This document shows, one piece after another, positions 9,825 through 19,884 of a stretch of 64,000 nt of DNA. Made by a program: the position numbers and the translations under genes. How positions within the stretch are numbered: position 1 is the stretch's first letter; every line of letters begins with the position of its first letter. A model generated the notes under the pieces. That model made no database searches, was not told the origin of the DNA, and saw only the letters and a list, made by a program, of their open reading frames with translations. The stretch comes from Acidobacteriota bacterium (lineage in GTDB: Bacteria; Acidobacteriota; UBA6911; RPQK01; G965218465): contig OZ244623.1 in assembly GCA_965218465.1 (NCBI GenBank), positions 2,735,152 through 2,799,151 of the forward strand, written 5' to 3'.

Positions 9825-10796
9825 TCACAACAGCGACTCAATGCCTTTGGAAACTGGAATACGTGGTTCCCAGCCGATGATCGATTTTGCCCTTGAGTAG
9901 TCGGCTGACTTGCGCAACTCTTCAAACTCACCCCTGGGGTTGGGGATGATGTGCTCAACCTCACCGCCGATCATGGCTGCGATGTCGTTGACCGAGGTCT
10001 CCCGGCTGGGACCGATGTTGAGGACGAGGTGTTCTCCAGCAGGAAAGTTAGCATTAGCGACTCGCAAATTAGCCTCCACGACGTCCGACACATGAACATA
10101 ACCGCGCGTTTGGTTTCCGTCCCCGTAGACGCTCAGCGGCCGGCTTGCGTCTCGCAGCCGCAAAAAGTGGGGAATGACCAGCGCATAAGCTCCCTCGGCC
10201 GGCTGTCTGGGGCCGTAAACGTTGAAGTACCTCAGTGAGATGATCCGCAGGTTGAAGAGGCGCGCGAACACGTCGGCATACTGCTCGCCAATGAGCTTCT
10301 GAAGTGCGTAAGGGGACTTCGGTTTCGGGATCATGTCCTCCTGCATAATGTGGGTGGGCTGATCGCCGTAGACGCTTGAAGATGAGGAATTGATGACGCC
10401 GCTGACGCGGTTGGCTCGCGCGGCTTGGAGCACGTTGAGCGTCCCGTTGACGTTGACGTTGTGGGTGCCGATGGGATCGTCGACTGAACGCGGAACGCGG
10501 GCCCAGGCTGCGTTGTGGAATATCCAGTCAGCGGACTTGGTAGCCGAGGTGACCAGATCGGTATCCGCAACCGAGCCTTCGACCAAGGTAGCTGCCGAAT
10601 TGATGTGGTCACCGTTGCTGGTGGAAAAGTCGTCCAATACGGTGACTTCGTGGCCCAGGTCGACCAGGCTGTCAACCAGGTGAGAGCCGATAAAGCCGCA
10701 GCCTCCTGTGACCACACACCTCAGAGGAACCTCCATCTCGTTACTCCCAAATTCTCGCCGGCCAACAGGGGATGCCCTTGGCGAACGCTCACTCAA
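9825..10796 (-). CDS. NAD-dependent epimerase/dehydratase (SDR family, UDP-sugar 4-epimerase-like).
   Basis: It carries the GGCGFIGSHL Rossmann motif and a YxxxK catalytic pair (SPYALQK). The start may be the internal MEVPLRC at 10736. Confidence 0.85.
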   Translation of the reverse strand: MSERSPRASPVGRREFGSNEMEVPLRCVVTGGCGFIGSHLVDSLVDLGHEVTVLDDFSTSNGDHINSAATLVEGSVADTDLVTSATKSADWIFHNAAWARVPRSVDDPIGTHNVNVNGTLNVLQAARANRVSGVINSSSSSVYGDQPTHIMQEDMIPKPKSPYALQKLIGEQYADVFARLFNLRIISLRYFNVYGPRQPAEGAYALVIPHFLRLRDASRPLSVYGDGNQTRGYVHVSDVVEANLRVANANFPAGEHLVLNIGPSRETSVNDIAAMIGGEVEHIIPNPRGEFEELRKSADYSRAKSIIGWEPRIPVSKGIESLL

Positions 10797-11128
10797 TACT
10801 CTCGTAGTATCGATCCGGACCTTTTGGTTTTGTCTCCTGTACGGTATCGGACGATCGGCTCAACGTAAGCAAGCCCGCTGCTATTGCCAACTCGATTTGA
10901 GGGGCCTTCGGTTTCAAGATTACAGGATGCTCAAGCTTAAAGCCGCATTTCTCCTGCCGGTTGTCCGGGCCGAGTTTTCGAGAATCCTGGTCGCATGCGA
11001 CGCTGTTGCGGTAGCCGTGGCGGCGAAATTACTGGGAACTGCGCCATCGACAAATACGAGATACTCCAGCCTTTCGTCGGTCGTGGGCAGGGGGCGTACA
11101 CAGGCGGCCTTGGTCAACGTAGCCCCAG

Positions 11129-12079
11129 TCACACGATCACATTGCGAGCTTCGCCCCGGAAGAAGGCCTCGATGTTACGGCCCGTCTCATCAACCAGCCG
11201 CTGCCGAGCTTCGCGGGTCGACCAGGCGCAGTGAGGCGTGATGATGACATTGCGGGCGTCCAGGAGCGGGTTGTCTTCGGCTGGGGGTTCCATTGAAAGG
11301 ACATCTATCCCAGCCCCACCGATGCGGCCGGCATTCAAGGCATCGGCCAAAGCCCGCTCGTCGACAATGCCACCGCGAGCCGTATTGATGATCAAAGCCG
11401 TGGGCTTCATCTTTTCTATCGCCGCGGCGTCGATCAGATCATGGGTGTCTTCGGTGAGAGGGCAGTGGATGGTAATGACATCGGACTGGCGTAGAAGCGA
11501 GTCCAGATCGGTATTGGGATAGACGTTGCCGGCGATGCCGAAGGCGTCGTGCGCCAAGACCCGCATTCCAAACCCTTCAGCAATCTTGGCCGAACCTTGG
11601 CCGATGGCGCCAAAGCCGATGACTCCCAGGGTCAGACCGTGAAGTTCGAAAGCCGGGTAACTGAGCAGGTTGAAGGAAGTGGCCTTGGCCCATTGGCCTG
11701 CCATCACGTCGGCGTGGTAGCGGTGCGCTTGGGTAGCCAGATTGAGGATCAGTGCAAAAGCGTGTTGGGGGACGGTTGTTGCAGCGTAGCCGGCCACGTT
11801 GCAAACCCGCACGCCCCCGTCTTGGGCGGCTTGCAGGTCGATATTGTCGTAACCGGTTGCAATTTCCGCGATCAACCGGAGTGACCCCAGCTCCTCGATA
11901 ATTCGTCGCGTCATGCGAACTTTGTTGGGGACCACGACCTCGGCGCCGGCTGCCCGCGAGATGACTTCTTCTTCACTGCTGTGAGGATATCCGACGTACT
12001 CTCCCAGGGAGGTGAAAGCCGAAAAGTCAATGTCGTTGTTGAGTGCGATGGTGGACTCGTCCACGAAAACGATTTTCAT
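11129..12079 (-). CDS. D-isomer-specific 2-hydroxyacid dehydrogenase (glycerate dehydrogenase / hydroxypyruvate reductase-like).
   Basis: It has the NAD-binding motif GVIGFGAIGQ and the catalytic R/E/H context. The ATG at 12079 is preceded by GAGGA 9-13 nt upstream. The ORF-track GTG extension to 12094 is rejected. Confidence 0.85.
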   Translation of the reverse strand: MKIVFVDESTIALNNDIDFSAFTSLGEYVGYPHSSEEEVISRAAGAEVVVPNKVRMTRRIIEELGSLRLIAEIATGYDNIDLQAAQDGGVRVCNVAGYAATTVPQHAFALILNLATQAHRYHADVMAGQWAKATSFNLLSYPAFELHGLTLGVIGFGAIGQGSAKIAEGFGMRVLAHDAFGIAGNVYPNTDLDSLLRQSDVITIHCPLTEDTHDLIDAAAIEKMKPTALIINTARGGIVDERALADALNAGRIGGAGIDVLSMEPPAEDNPLLDARNVIITPHCAWSTREARQRLVDETGRNIEAFFRGEARNVIV

Positions 12080-12436
12080 TACCCGGATCCTCACTAGTTG
12101 GCCGCGTTGTTAAAATACAAGAGTCGATTGATCCAATCCACGACAAAATATCTCGTGGGGTCAACAAAATCGGTGGGTCCTCTTCGGCGGCGCCCGTGGG
12201 AGAAGGCTGGGGAGCGATCCAACAAGTGGTGAATTAGGACAAACAGACCACAGAGATGAGACAGTCCCGGAAGTGAAGATTCTTCCCTCCGGTTCGGGAA
12301 GATGAGCAATTCGATCGCCATGGAAAAACATTTTTGGGTCCCTCGCGCGCGATTCAAGATGGGTATCATGACGAATCCTGGAGGATAAGGATATCCGGCA
12401 GGCTGGAGAAAAAAGTGTTAGCTTGGGGATTGAACT

Positions 12437-12787
12437 ATGACAAGGGTTCGAGTTCTTTACTGGAAAGAGATCCCGGTACAGATTGAAGCCGAAGATGAAA
12501 ACGATCGGGTCTCCCGCCCGCTTGAGGATCGTTTTCAAGAGGCCATTGACAGGATCGCCATGTTCGACGGGAGCGCGGGAAGCGACGATTATTTGGAATC
12601 TTGGTCGTGGAGCGAGTATCGGAACGTAGCCGGAGATGCGCAGCAAGCAGCGGAGACTCTGGCGGAGCGCTACAATCGAGCCTTTCCCCAGAATTTCGAA
12701 TCGAAAATCAAAAGGCTGCACAGGTCCGGGCGCCGCCGACCGTTCCCGGGAGCCCTGGACCAATGGCTCACCCAAGCCGGCGAATGA
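12437..12787 (+). CDS. Small acidic hypothetical protein immediately upstream of the ferredoxin-ASKHA gene.
   Basis: The 116-aa ORF starts MTRVRVLYWKEIPVQIEAEDEND and is co-directional with the next gene 39 nt downstream. The competing minus-strand ORF 12161..12817 is Pro/Arg/Ser-rich, as expected for antisense of GC-rich coding DNA. Confidence 0.5.
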   Translation: MTRVRVLYWKEIPVQIEAEDENDRVSRPLEDRFQEAIDRIAMFDGSAGSDDYLESWSWSEYRNVAGDAQQAAETLAERYNRAFPQNFESKIKRLHRSGRRRPFPGALDQWLTQAGE

Positions 12788-12825
12788 ATCGTTGCTGCGT
12801 GTGACTTTCCCCTTCAAGCCCAGTT

Positions 12826-14445
12826 ATGTCTCCTGTCTGTTTCGACGATCGAACGGTTGATCTGAAGGCGGGTCAAACTATTTTTGACTCCGCTGACAAG
12901 CTCCAGGTTCGAGTACCTACCTCTTGCAAGCGGAGTGGCGAGTGTCATGAGTGCGTCGTCGAGATCCGGCGCGGGATGGAGGCGCTGAGCGAGCCTGGCC
13001 CGCCGGAAGGCTTCTTGCGAGGCAACTATCGGTTGGCTTGCCAGTCCGAAGTGATCGACCCTGCTGCCCGCATCGAGTTCTCCTTGCTCAAGAGGCAGCC
13101 CAAGATTCTCACCTCGTCGCCGCAACGCCCCATCACTCACGTCCCCCTGACTCGGCGGCAGGGCGATTCGGTTTATTTCGGAGACCGGAGGGTGGGCCGT
13201 TACCGGGGCCGGATACTGGGGCTTGCCATCGACTTGGGGACAACTACCGTTGTCTTCAACCTGGTGGATTTGGAGAACGGCCAGGTATTGGCCACCAGCT
13301 CCTTTGAGAATCCGCAGCGTTTCGGCGGCAGCGATATCATGCACCGGATCTCCTACGATGGCGGCAAGTTTCAGGGGGAGTTGCATCGGTCGATCGTTAC
13401 TGCTTTGAATTTTGAGATTGGCGACCTGTGCCGGCGCATGGATCTGCCCCGCAGGATGATCTATGAGGTGGTGTTGGTCGGCAATTCAGCCATGCGAGAC
13501 ATCTTTTTCAACCTCGATGTCCAATCAATCGGACAGAAGCCGTACATATCGCTGACCGAAGAGGAGATGCGTCAGGGGAAACGCGCGACCACGACCTTGA
13601 ACGTGCCGGCCCGAGAGCTGGGACTGCGAGTCTTTCCCAGGGCCAATGTTTACGGAGGGCCCTTGATCGGATGTCATGTGGGCGCCGACATCGCTGCCGA
13701 TTTGCTGACCATCGCGATGGACCGGCAAGAAGAAGTGGTCATGTTGGTCGATGTCGGGACCAATACCGAAGTGGTGGTAGGAAACCGTCACCGAATGATG
13801 GCCGCTTCCTGTCCTGCCGGGCCCGCTTTCGAAGGTGGTCTGATCACCTACGGAATGCCCGGCTACAGTGGCGCCATCGAGTCGGTCCGCTTACGCGACA
13901 ACCGCGTCGAATGGCAAACGATTGAAGATGCCCCACCGCGGGGGATCTGCGGTTCGGGGTTGATCGACTTGGTGGCTGAGCTACGGCGCAGCCGCCGGAT
14001 GACTGAATTGGGTGTGTTTGTAGACGGCAGTCAGGAATTTGAATTCGAGGCTGAAAACGGGATGACGCTTTCGCGCCTGGACATCAGTAATCTGGCTCAG
14101 GCCAAGGCGGCCAACTTTTGCGGGCAAAGAATCGTACTGCACCGCTACGGAATTCGGCCCGAGCAAGTCGACAAGCTGTACCTGGCTGGTGGATTCGCCA
14201 ACTACATCAACATCGAGAGCGCGATTGAGATCGGTTTCATTCCCGATCTTCCGCTCGAGAAGATCATCAAGGTGGGCAACGCCTCACTGCAGGGCGCTAC
14301 CATCATGTTGCTCTCCCAAAGCTTACGCAGTTGGATGGAGAAGACCTCGCGACAAATCGAGCACGTGGAACTGGAAACCACGCCTGATTTCTTCGATCTC
14401 TTCGTTGAGGGTTGCATGTTCCGGTCGATGGACCACTCCACCTGA
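12826..14445 (+). CDS. 2Fe-2S ferredoxin domain fused to an ASKHA (DUF4445, RACo C-terminal-like) domain protein.
   Basis: The N-terminus has plant-type ferredoxin cysteines (..SCKRSGECHECVVEI.. LACQ..). An actin-like ATPase region follows (GLAIDLGTTTVVFNLVDL.. VDVGTNTEVVVG..). Confidence 0.85.
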   Translation: MSPVCFDDRTVDLKAGQTIFDSADKLQVRVPTSCKRSGECHECVVEIRRGMEALSEPGPPEGFLRGNYRLACQSEVIDPAARIEFSLLKRQPKILTSSPQRPITHVPLTRRQGDSVYFGDRRVGRYRGRILGLAIDLGTTTVVFNLVDLENGQVLATSSFENPQRFGGSDIMHRISYDGGKFQGELHRSIVTALNFEIGDLCRRMDLPRRMIYEVVLVGNSAMRDIFFNLDVQSIGQKPYISLTEEEMRQGKRATTTLNVPARELGLRVFPRANVYGGPLIGCHVGADIAADLLTIAMDRQEEVVMLVDVGTNTEVVVGNRHRMMAASCPAGPAFEGGLITYGMPGYSGAIESVRLRDNRVEWQTIEDAPPRGICGSGLIDLVAELRRSRRMTELGVFVDGSQEFEFEAENGMTLSRLDISNLAQAKAANFCGQRIVLHRYGIRPEQVDKLYLAGGFANYINIESAIEIGFIPDLPLEKIIKVGNASLQGATIMLLSQSLRSWMEKTSRQIEHVELETTPDFFDLFVEGCMFRSMDHST

Positions 14446-14818
14446 CTAGAGCCAAGCGACCGGAACCAAGAAACCGGGCCACCAGCCCGTGACAGTCGAG
14501 TAGGCAGCCGCGAAATTCCACCCCACGGCTGCTGCGGCCCGCTTGCCGGCTTGGCGGCAGGAGGGTGGCCATGGGCCGTGGAATCCGGCAAGCATCAGTC
14601 TGCGCTTGCCGCGAGGCTCTTCGGCGTGATCCACGGCGCCACCATTGTGCCGGCATGAACTGATCGATGTCCGAAAAAGCTTGCCGAGTTGAGGGAGGAC
14701 TTGGAGACATCTGCCGCTGTTGGTCAGCAACAGTGTTGATGATGCAATCCGGACCCGGGCCGATGAAGCACTGTCCGGATTCGTCCTTCCCTGGGGTTCG
14801 TGAGCAGGCGTCACGCCG

Positions 14819-15700
14819 CTATGGCTTTCTCAGGTCTTTCGCCGCCAAACCCCCACCGGAACGTACCCCGGCGCCGCGCTGCGTCCAGCCGTGCGCGGCG
14901 AGAATCTCCGCAAACTCCGGGATTGCTGCAGCATCTTCATGACTGACGCGCGAGACTTTGAGGCTATGTTCAATGAAATAATGGAGTTCGGAATGAATGC
15001 AGCCGGAGGGGCAATCGCCCCAGGCCTTACGAAACACGAGGTACCACTTGTCATCCGACCAGAGCGCGTGGATGCCGGAGCCGTCCCCGACTGGAGCGTC
15101 CGGTCGAGCATTCTTTACTCCCTCTATCGCCTCATACTTGAGTGCCGTGCGCACGAGATCATTGCGCGGGTCAAAGCTGATCAGAATCGTGTTGATGCGG
15201 GGGTAGGCCATCACACCGCGCAGGCTGAGCGTCTGATTGAGGGCGTCGAAGGCTGCCTGGCCAGTGCACAAGGGAGCTGAGGCTCCCTCGTCCGCGAGAC
15301 TGTTGACCACAGCTTGCAGCAGGGATGGCTCCAGATCCAGGACCAGCGTTCCGGGGTTCCAATGGCCGCCTGCTCTCACCTCCGTCATCTCTGGCCAACC
15401 GGTCCTTATGTTGGCCAAGAGCCGTTCCAACTCCTGGGTCAAATCGATTTCGTCAAAGCGACGATGGAACTCGTCCCATCTCGTCTCGTCATCGAACAGG
15501 CGCAAGAGGCCGACAACGTTCTGGGTCAGGACGATGCCGTCGTCCTCTTGGGTCGGTTCGAGATAGCCGTGCTTGACCACGGGCGCTTTACCATCACACG
15601 GATCACCTGCGCCTGCGGAAGACCCAGCCAACGTCGACACCATCAGAAAGGAGGCCAACAGCAACATCTGTAGCGCCAAGGTGATCTGATGTCGTGACAT
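14819..15700 (-). CDS. Secreted hypothetical protein.
   Basis: The start is trimmed to the ATG at 15700 (MSRHQITLALQMLLLASFLMVSTLAGSSAGA is a signal-peptide-like N-terminus with GGAG upstream). The longer ORF-track version would overlap the tRNA-Ala. Confidence 0.6.
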   Translation of the reverse strand: MSRHQITLALQMLLLASFLMVSTLAGSSAGAGDPCDGKAPVVKHGYLEPTQEDDGIVLTQNVVGLLRLFDDETRWDEFHRRFDEIDLTQELERLLANIRTGWPEMTEVRAGGHWNPGTLVLDLEPSLLQAVVNSLADEGASAPLCTGQAAFDALNQTLSLRGVMAYPRINTILISFDPRNDLVRTALKYEAIEGVKNARPDAPVGDGSGIHALWSDDKWYLVFRKAWGDCPSGCIHSELHYFIEHSLKVSRVSHEDAAAIPEFAEILAAHGWTQRGAGVRSGGGLAAKDLRKP

Positions 15701-15833
15701 CGCCGTACTCCGGTTTCTGCCCGACACGCACGACGTGAGCGAGGTGCTTCTCATGGCGGATCGGATTCTGGCGATGCACGAAGGCAAAGTTTTTGCCAAA
15801 TGGACTTGCATGGATGGCTCCGAAAAGGGGAGT

Positions 15834-15908
15834 TGGTGGAGGTAATCGGACTCGAACCGACGACCCCCTGCTTGCAAAGCAGGTGCTCTTCCACTGAGCT
15901 ATACCCCC
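15834..15908 (-). tRNA. tRNA-Ala (anticodon UGC) with encoded CCA.
   Basis: The reverse complement folds as a 75-nt cloverleaf: GGGGGTA/TA/GCTC-AGTGGAA-GAGC/A/CCTGC-TTTGCAA-GCAGG/GGGTC/GTCGG-TTCGAGT-CCGAT/TACCTCC/A/CCA. It has the G3:U70 alanine identity pair and a T-loop TTCGAGT. Confidence 0.9.
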
Positions 15909-15991
15909 ACCCTTAAAGATAGTCTAACACGGTCTTTTCCCACGCCCTTTGAACTTCAAAAACTGGCATACTGGTCGCTGACGGAGACAAG

Positions 15992-17065
15992 GTGAAAACT
16001 AAGCCTTCAAGAAGTCCCCGCAAGCGATTTTCCGGACGGGGAACGCCGGCTCAACCGCCGGGACGATTTCTCAAGCTCCAGTACCAATCGGACGAGCCGA
16101 CCGGGCAAGGTCGCGTTGCGACGGAATTTTTTCGCGATTCCAGTCGAACCGTGCTGAGCCGCAACCGGAGCCCGGACGTGGCATTCGAGTATAGCCTCAA
16201 TCCCTACCGGGGTTGCGAGCATGGTTGCGCTTACTGTTACGCCCGACCCACCCACGAGTATTTCGATCTCTCGGCTGGAATCGACTTCGAGACCAAGATC
16301 ATGGTCAAGGAAGATGCACCCCTCTTGCTCAGGCAGCAACTCTTGGCCAAGTCGTGGAGGCCACAGCCGATTGCGCTGAGCGGGGTGACCGACCCCTATC
16401 AGCCTGTAGAACGGCGCTTGCGGCTCACCCGTGCCTGCCTGGAAGTGCTGCGTAAGTTCCGCAACCCGGTGCTGATCGTGACCAAGAACTGGCTGGTGAC
16501 GCGCGACGTCGATCTGCTGGCGCCTCTGGCCGAGAAAGGAGCGGCCCTGGTTTGCCTTTCGATAGCGACACTGGATGCCGGCTTGCAACGGTCGCTCGAG
16601 CCCAGGGCTTCATCTCCCCAGCGCCGACTGGCGGCGGTCAAGGAACTGGTCAGCCAGGGGATTCCGGTGCGGGTTCTGGTGGCTCCGGTCATCCCCGGAC
16701 TCACCGATCATGAGGTTCCGGCCATCTTGCAGTCGGCCGCTGAGGCGGGCGCGACCGGCGCCGGCTATGTATTGCTGCGGCTGCCTTACGGCGTCAAGGA
16801 CCTCTTCATCGACTGGCTGGAGCGCTGTGTACCAACCCGAAAGGAACGAGTGCTGAGCCGGATTCGTGAGGTTCGCTCGGGACGTCTGTCCGATTCCGGT
16901 TTTTCCAGCCGGATGCGAGGCAAGGGGACTTATGCTGTGCAACTGGAAAATCTGTTTCGGCTTGTTTGCCGCCGTTCGGGACTCAATCAGGCGTCCGTCG
17001 AACTCTCGGTTGAGCACTTTCGCCGACCCGGTCAAGACCGGCAGTTGGGGTTATTCCAGCAGTAG
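15992..17065 (+). CDS. PA0069-family radical SAM protein (SPL/DNA-photolyase-like radical SAM).
   Basis: It carries the CxxxCxxC motif in NPYRGCEHGCAYCYARPTHEY. The GTG start has GGAGA upstream. Confidence 0.85.
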   Translation: MKTKPSRSPRKRFSGRGTPAQPPGRFLKLQYQSDEPTGQGRVATEFFRDSSRTVLSRNRSPDVAFEYSLNPYRGCEHGCAYCYARPTHEYFDLSAGIDFETKIMVKEDAPLLLRQQLLAKSWRPQPIALSGVTDPYQPVERRLRLTRACLEVLRKFRNPVLIVTKNWLVTRDVDLLAPLAEKGAALVCLSIATLDAGLQRSLEPRASSPQRRLAAVKELVSQGIPVRVLVAPVIPGLTDHEVPAILQSAAEAGATGAGYVLLRLPYGVKDLFIDWLERCVPTRKERVLSRIREVRSGRLSDSGFSSRMRGKGTYAVQLENLFRLVCRRSGLNQASVELSVEHFRRPGQDRQLGLFQQ

Positions 17066-17244
17066 CTCCCTGCTTTCGGTTTTCCGAGGCTCTCAGCTGA
17101 CGCGAGATTACTCTGCTGGTCTGGTCTTCTCCAGCCTCAAAGACCCGCAAAAGAGTTCGGTTGCAAGCGGTCGCGGTGAATTGCGAGGTGACCACGGCCA
17201 AGAAGCTGAGCTGAGGAGGATACCTGGCGCGCGCCACGATACAG

Positions 17245-18573
17245 CTAGAAGACGGACGGGAGGTTTTTAGAGATGTCGTTGACGATGACCACCCCCATCA
17301 ACAACACCAGAAAGATGAGGCCCACCCGGAAGATTCTCTCTTTGGCTCGCAGGCTCAAATCGCGGCCGATCAGACCCTCGACAATCAGTAACAGAATGAC
17401 TCCGCCGTCGAGGATGGGGATGGGCATCAGATTCAAGATGCCCAGTTGCAAAGACACCAATCCCATGAAGCCGAGCAAAGCCAGCCAACCCAGCGAAGCT
17501 GCCATCCCGGAAAAACGGGCAATTTCGATCGGTCCGGACATTTGCGCAATGGATGCCTGCCCCGTAATCAGCCTTCCGACGACAACGAATACAAGCCTGC
17601 TCATGCGGTAATTCTCCCACAGTGAACGCCCCAGGGCTCCTATCAATCCCAGTTGCTGGGTTTCGACGGGAAACTCCACGAACGCGCCCAGCCGGGGGCG
17701 ACCATCGATTAGGCGGGGAGTGATGTCTTGATCGAGCAACTGACCGTCCCGCCGGATCTGAAACCTCAGCGGTTCCCCTTGGGAATTTCTGACCACTTCG
17801 GCGACCATGTAAAAACCGGTCAGGAGTTGATTCCGGTGGAGGACGCCCGCGATTTCATCACCCCGACCCAAGCCGGCGTCGGCTGCTGCCGAGTCCGGCT
17901 CGACCATCTCTATGTGGTAGGGGACGAAAGGACCCACCCCGATGGCTCCAGGTCCTCCGGGCTGGGTGGACTCGGAAAAGACTTCTCGTTGAATTCGCTC
18001 TCCCTGGCGGCTGAGTCCGATCGTCAGGGTTAGATTGGGGCTGGTTCCGATCACGAACTCGGCATCCTTCCAGGTGGGGGTCTCCGTTCCATTGATCGAA
18101 AGAATCCGGTCGCCAATCAAGAGTCCGGCCTTCTCGGCCTGCGAGTCGAACCGGACAGAGCCGATGATTGGTGACTCGGCGAGATGAGACCTGACGTCGA
18201 AACCGACCATGAAGGTGATCGTCAGCAGCAGTATCGCCAATCCGATGTTCATCAGCGGACCAGCGATGGCTACCGCGAACCGGTGGAGCTTGGGACGTGA
18301 CAGAAACTCTTCGGCGGACCCGGTCAACTCCTCTTCAGGGTTTTCGCCGGTCATCTTCACATAGCCGCCCAGTGGAATCAGGCTGATGCGATAGTCGGTG
18401 GCCCCACGTTTGAACCCCAACAAACGCCGGCCGAAACCGAGCGAGAAGACTTCCACCCGGATCCCCAGGCGCTTGGCCACCAGGTAGTGCCCCAATTCGT
18501 GGATGAAAATGAGCACTCCCAGCACGAAGATAAAGGCCGCGATGTTCAGGCCCAGACTATTCAGGAAGTCCAA
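17245..18573 (-). CDS. rseP: RIP zinc metalloprotease RseP (site-2 protease).
   Basis: It has the HELGH zinc motif in the first TM, a PDZ region, and a conserved C-terminal LDGG motif (NLMPIPILDGG). Confidence 0.9.
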   Translation of the reverse strand: MDFLNSLGLNIAAFIFVLGVLIFIHELGHYLVAKRLGIRVEVFSLGFGRRLLGFKRGATDYRISLIPLGGYVKMTGENPEEELTGSAEEFLSRPKLHRFAVAIAGPLMNIGLAILLLTITFMVGFDVRSHLAESPIIGSVRFDSQAEKAGLLIGDRILSINGTETPTWKDAEFVIGTSPNLTLTIGLSRQGERIQREVFSESTQPGGPGAIGVGPFVPYHIEMVEPDSAAADAGLGRGDEIAGVLHRNQLLTGFYMVAEVVRNSQGEPLRFQIRRDGQLLDQDITPRLIDGRPRLGAFVEFPVETQQLGLIGALGRSLWENYRMSRLVFVVVGRLITGQASIAQMSGPIEIARFSGMAASLGWLALLGFMGLVSLQLGILNLMPIPILDGGVILLLIVEGLIGRDLSLRAKERIFRVGLIFLVLLMGVVIVNDISKNLPSVF

Positions 18574-18691
18574 CTTGATTGCTCACTTTCTCGGCTTGGG
18601 GCGCCTGATGGGCGACCCTTCACCTGGATCCGAATTCTAGCTTAACAGATCAACCGCATCTCTAAACCGGGCGCCTTATCTAGTGAACAGG

Positions 18692-19831
18692 TTATTGGAT
18701 GCGCTGTTCGGTTTGGCGACGAGCTCGACGATCGACTGCCAGGATCTGGTCCAGCTCCGAGACTTCAACCGCCTGGTGATCGCTGAGAGCCTCTTCAACC
18801 AGTCGAGAAATCGCCAGGAACGGTATCCGGCCCTGAAGAAAGGCCTTTACCGCGACTTCGTTGGACGCGTTAAGAACGGTGGGGAAGGACTTTCCGCCGG
18901 CCAGGGCCTCATAAGCCAGCTTCAAGCAAGGGAAACGGTCGAGATCAGGGGGCAGAAATTCCAGGGGGGACAAGTTGAAAAGGTCCAAGGATGGGAGGTC
19001 GGAAGGGCAACGATCGGGAAAACAGAGGGCGTAGAGGATGGCGGAACGCATGTCTGTGATGCCGAGCTGGGCCAGCACATTGCCATCTACAAACTCGACC
19101 ATGGAGTGGACAATCGACTGGGGGTGCACAACCACTTGAATCGCTTCGGCACTCACTCCGAACAGATAGTGGGCTTCGATGACTTCCAGGCCTTTGTTCA
19201 TCAGCGTGGCCGAATCGATACTGATCTTGGAACCCATGTCCCAAGTGGGATGGTTGAGAGCCTGCTCGACACTGACCGTCCGCAGTTGCTCAGCGGAGAA
19301 GTGGAGAAAGGGACCTCCCGAGGCCGTCAGAAGCAGACGCTGCACCCCCTCGAGTTCGACCCCCCGTAGACATTGATGAATGGCGCTGTGTTCACTGTCG
19401 ATAGGAAGCAACCCCGGCCCGCCGGCTGCGGTTGCGGTCATCAGTCGGCCCGCCATGACCAGAGCTTCCTTGTTGGCCAAAGCCACTTGCTTGCCCTCCA
19501 CCAGGGCTTGATAAGTCGAACGCAAGCCGGCCGCACCGGTAATGCCGGCTACCACCACGTCCACCCGGGAATCGACTGCCATATCGATGACACCCACGTC
19601 GCCGCTCAAGACCCGCAGGTTGGGGAATTGCAGGCTCAGCTGCCTGGCGGCAGTCCGGCTGTGGAGGGCCACCGCGCGAGGACTGTACCGTTGGACCTGG
19701 GTTGCCAATTTGGACCAATTGCTGCCGGCGGCCAGAGTAGCCACTTGGAAGCGGTCGGGGTAGAGATCCACCAAGCTCAAAACGCTCTCACCGATGGATC
19801 CGGTGCAGCCCAGAACTGCCAGTCTTTTCAT
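18692..19831 (-). CDS. dxr: 1-deoxy-D-xylulose 5-phosphate reductoisomerase.
   Basis: It starts MKRLAVLGCTGSIGESVL.. and carries the conserved Dxr core. It sits in the uppS-cdsA-dxr-rseP context. Confidence 0.92.
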   Translation of the reverse strand: MKRLAVLGCTGSIGESVLSLVDLYPDRFQVATLAAGSNWSKLATQVQRYSPRAVALHSRTAARQLSLQFPNLRVLSGDVGVIDMAVDSRVDVVVAGITGAAGLRSTYQALVEGKQVALANKEALVMAGRLMTATAAGGPGLLPIDSEHSAIHQCLRGVELEGVQRLLLTASGGPFLHFSAEQLRTVSVEQALNHPTWDMGSKISIDSATLMNKGLEVIEAHYLFGVSAEAIQVVVHPQSIVHSMVEFVDGNVLAQLGITDMRSAILYALCFPDRCPSDLPSLDLFNLSPLEFLPPDLDRFPCLKLAYEALAGGKSFPTVLNASNEVAVKAFLQGRIPFLAISRLVEEALSDHQAVEVSELDQILAVDRRARRQTEQRIQ

Positions 19832-19884
19832 GCTGCCTCTCCAGCTAGCGGTCCAGTTTTCTCAACCCAACAGCGCGGTTCATC

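Noticed and set aside
12161-12817. A 218-aa minus-strand ORF overlapping the small acidic + strand gene.
   Set aside because: Its composition is Pro/Arg/Ser-rich with low complexity and no start context. The + strand ORF 12437..12787 has coding-like acidic composition and is co-directional with the ferredoxin-ASKHA gene. It was kept at only moderate confidence.
14819-15877. A full-length 352-aa ORF for the secreted protein.
   Set aside because: Its first 59 codons would run through the tRNA-Ala gene (15834..15908) on the same strand. An ATG at 15700 with GGAG upstream gives a clean signal peptide.
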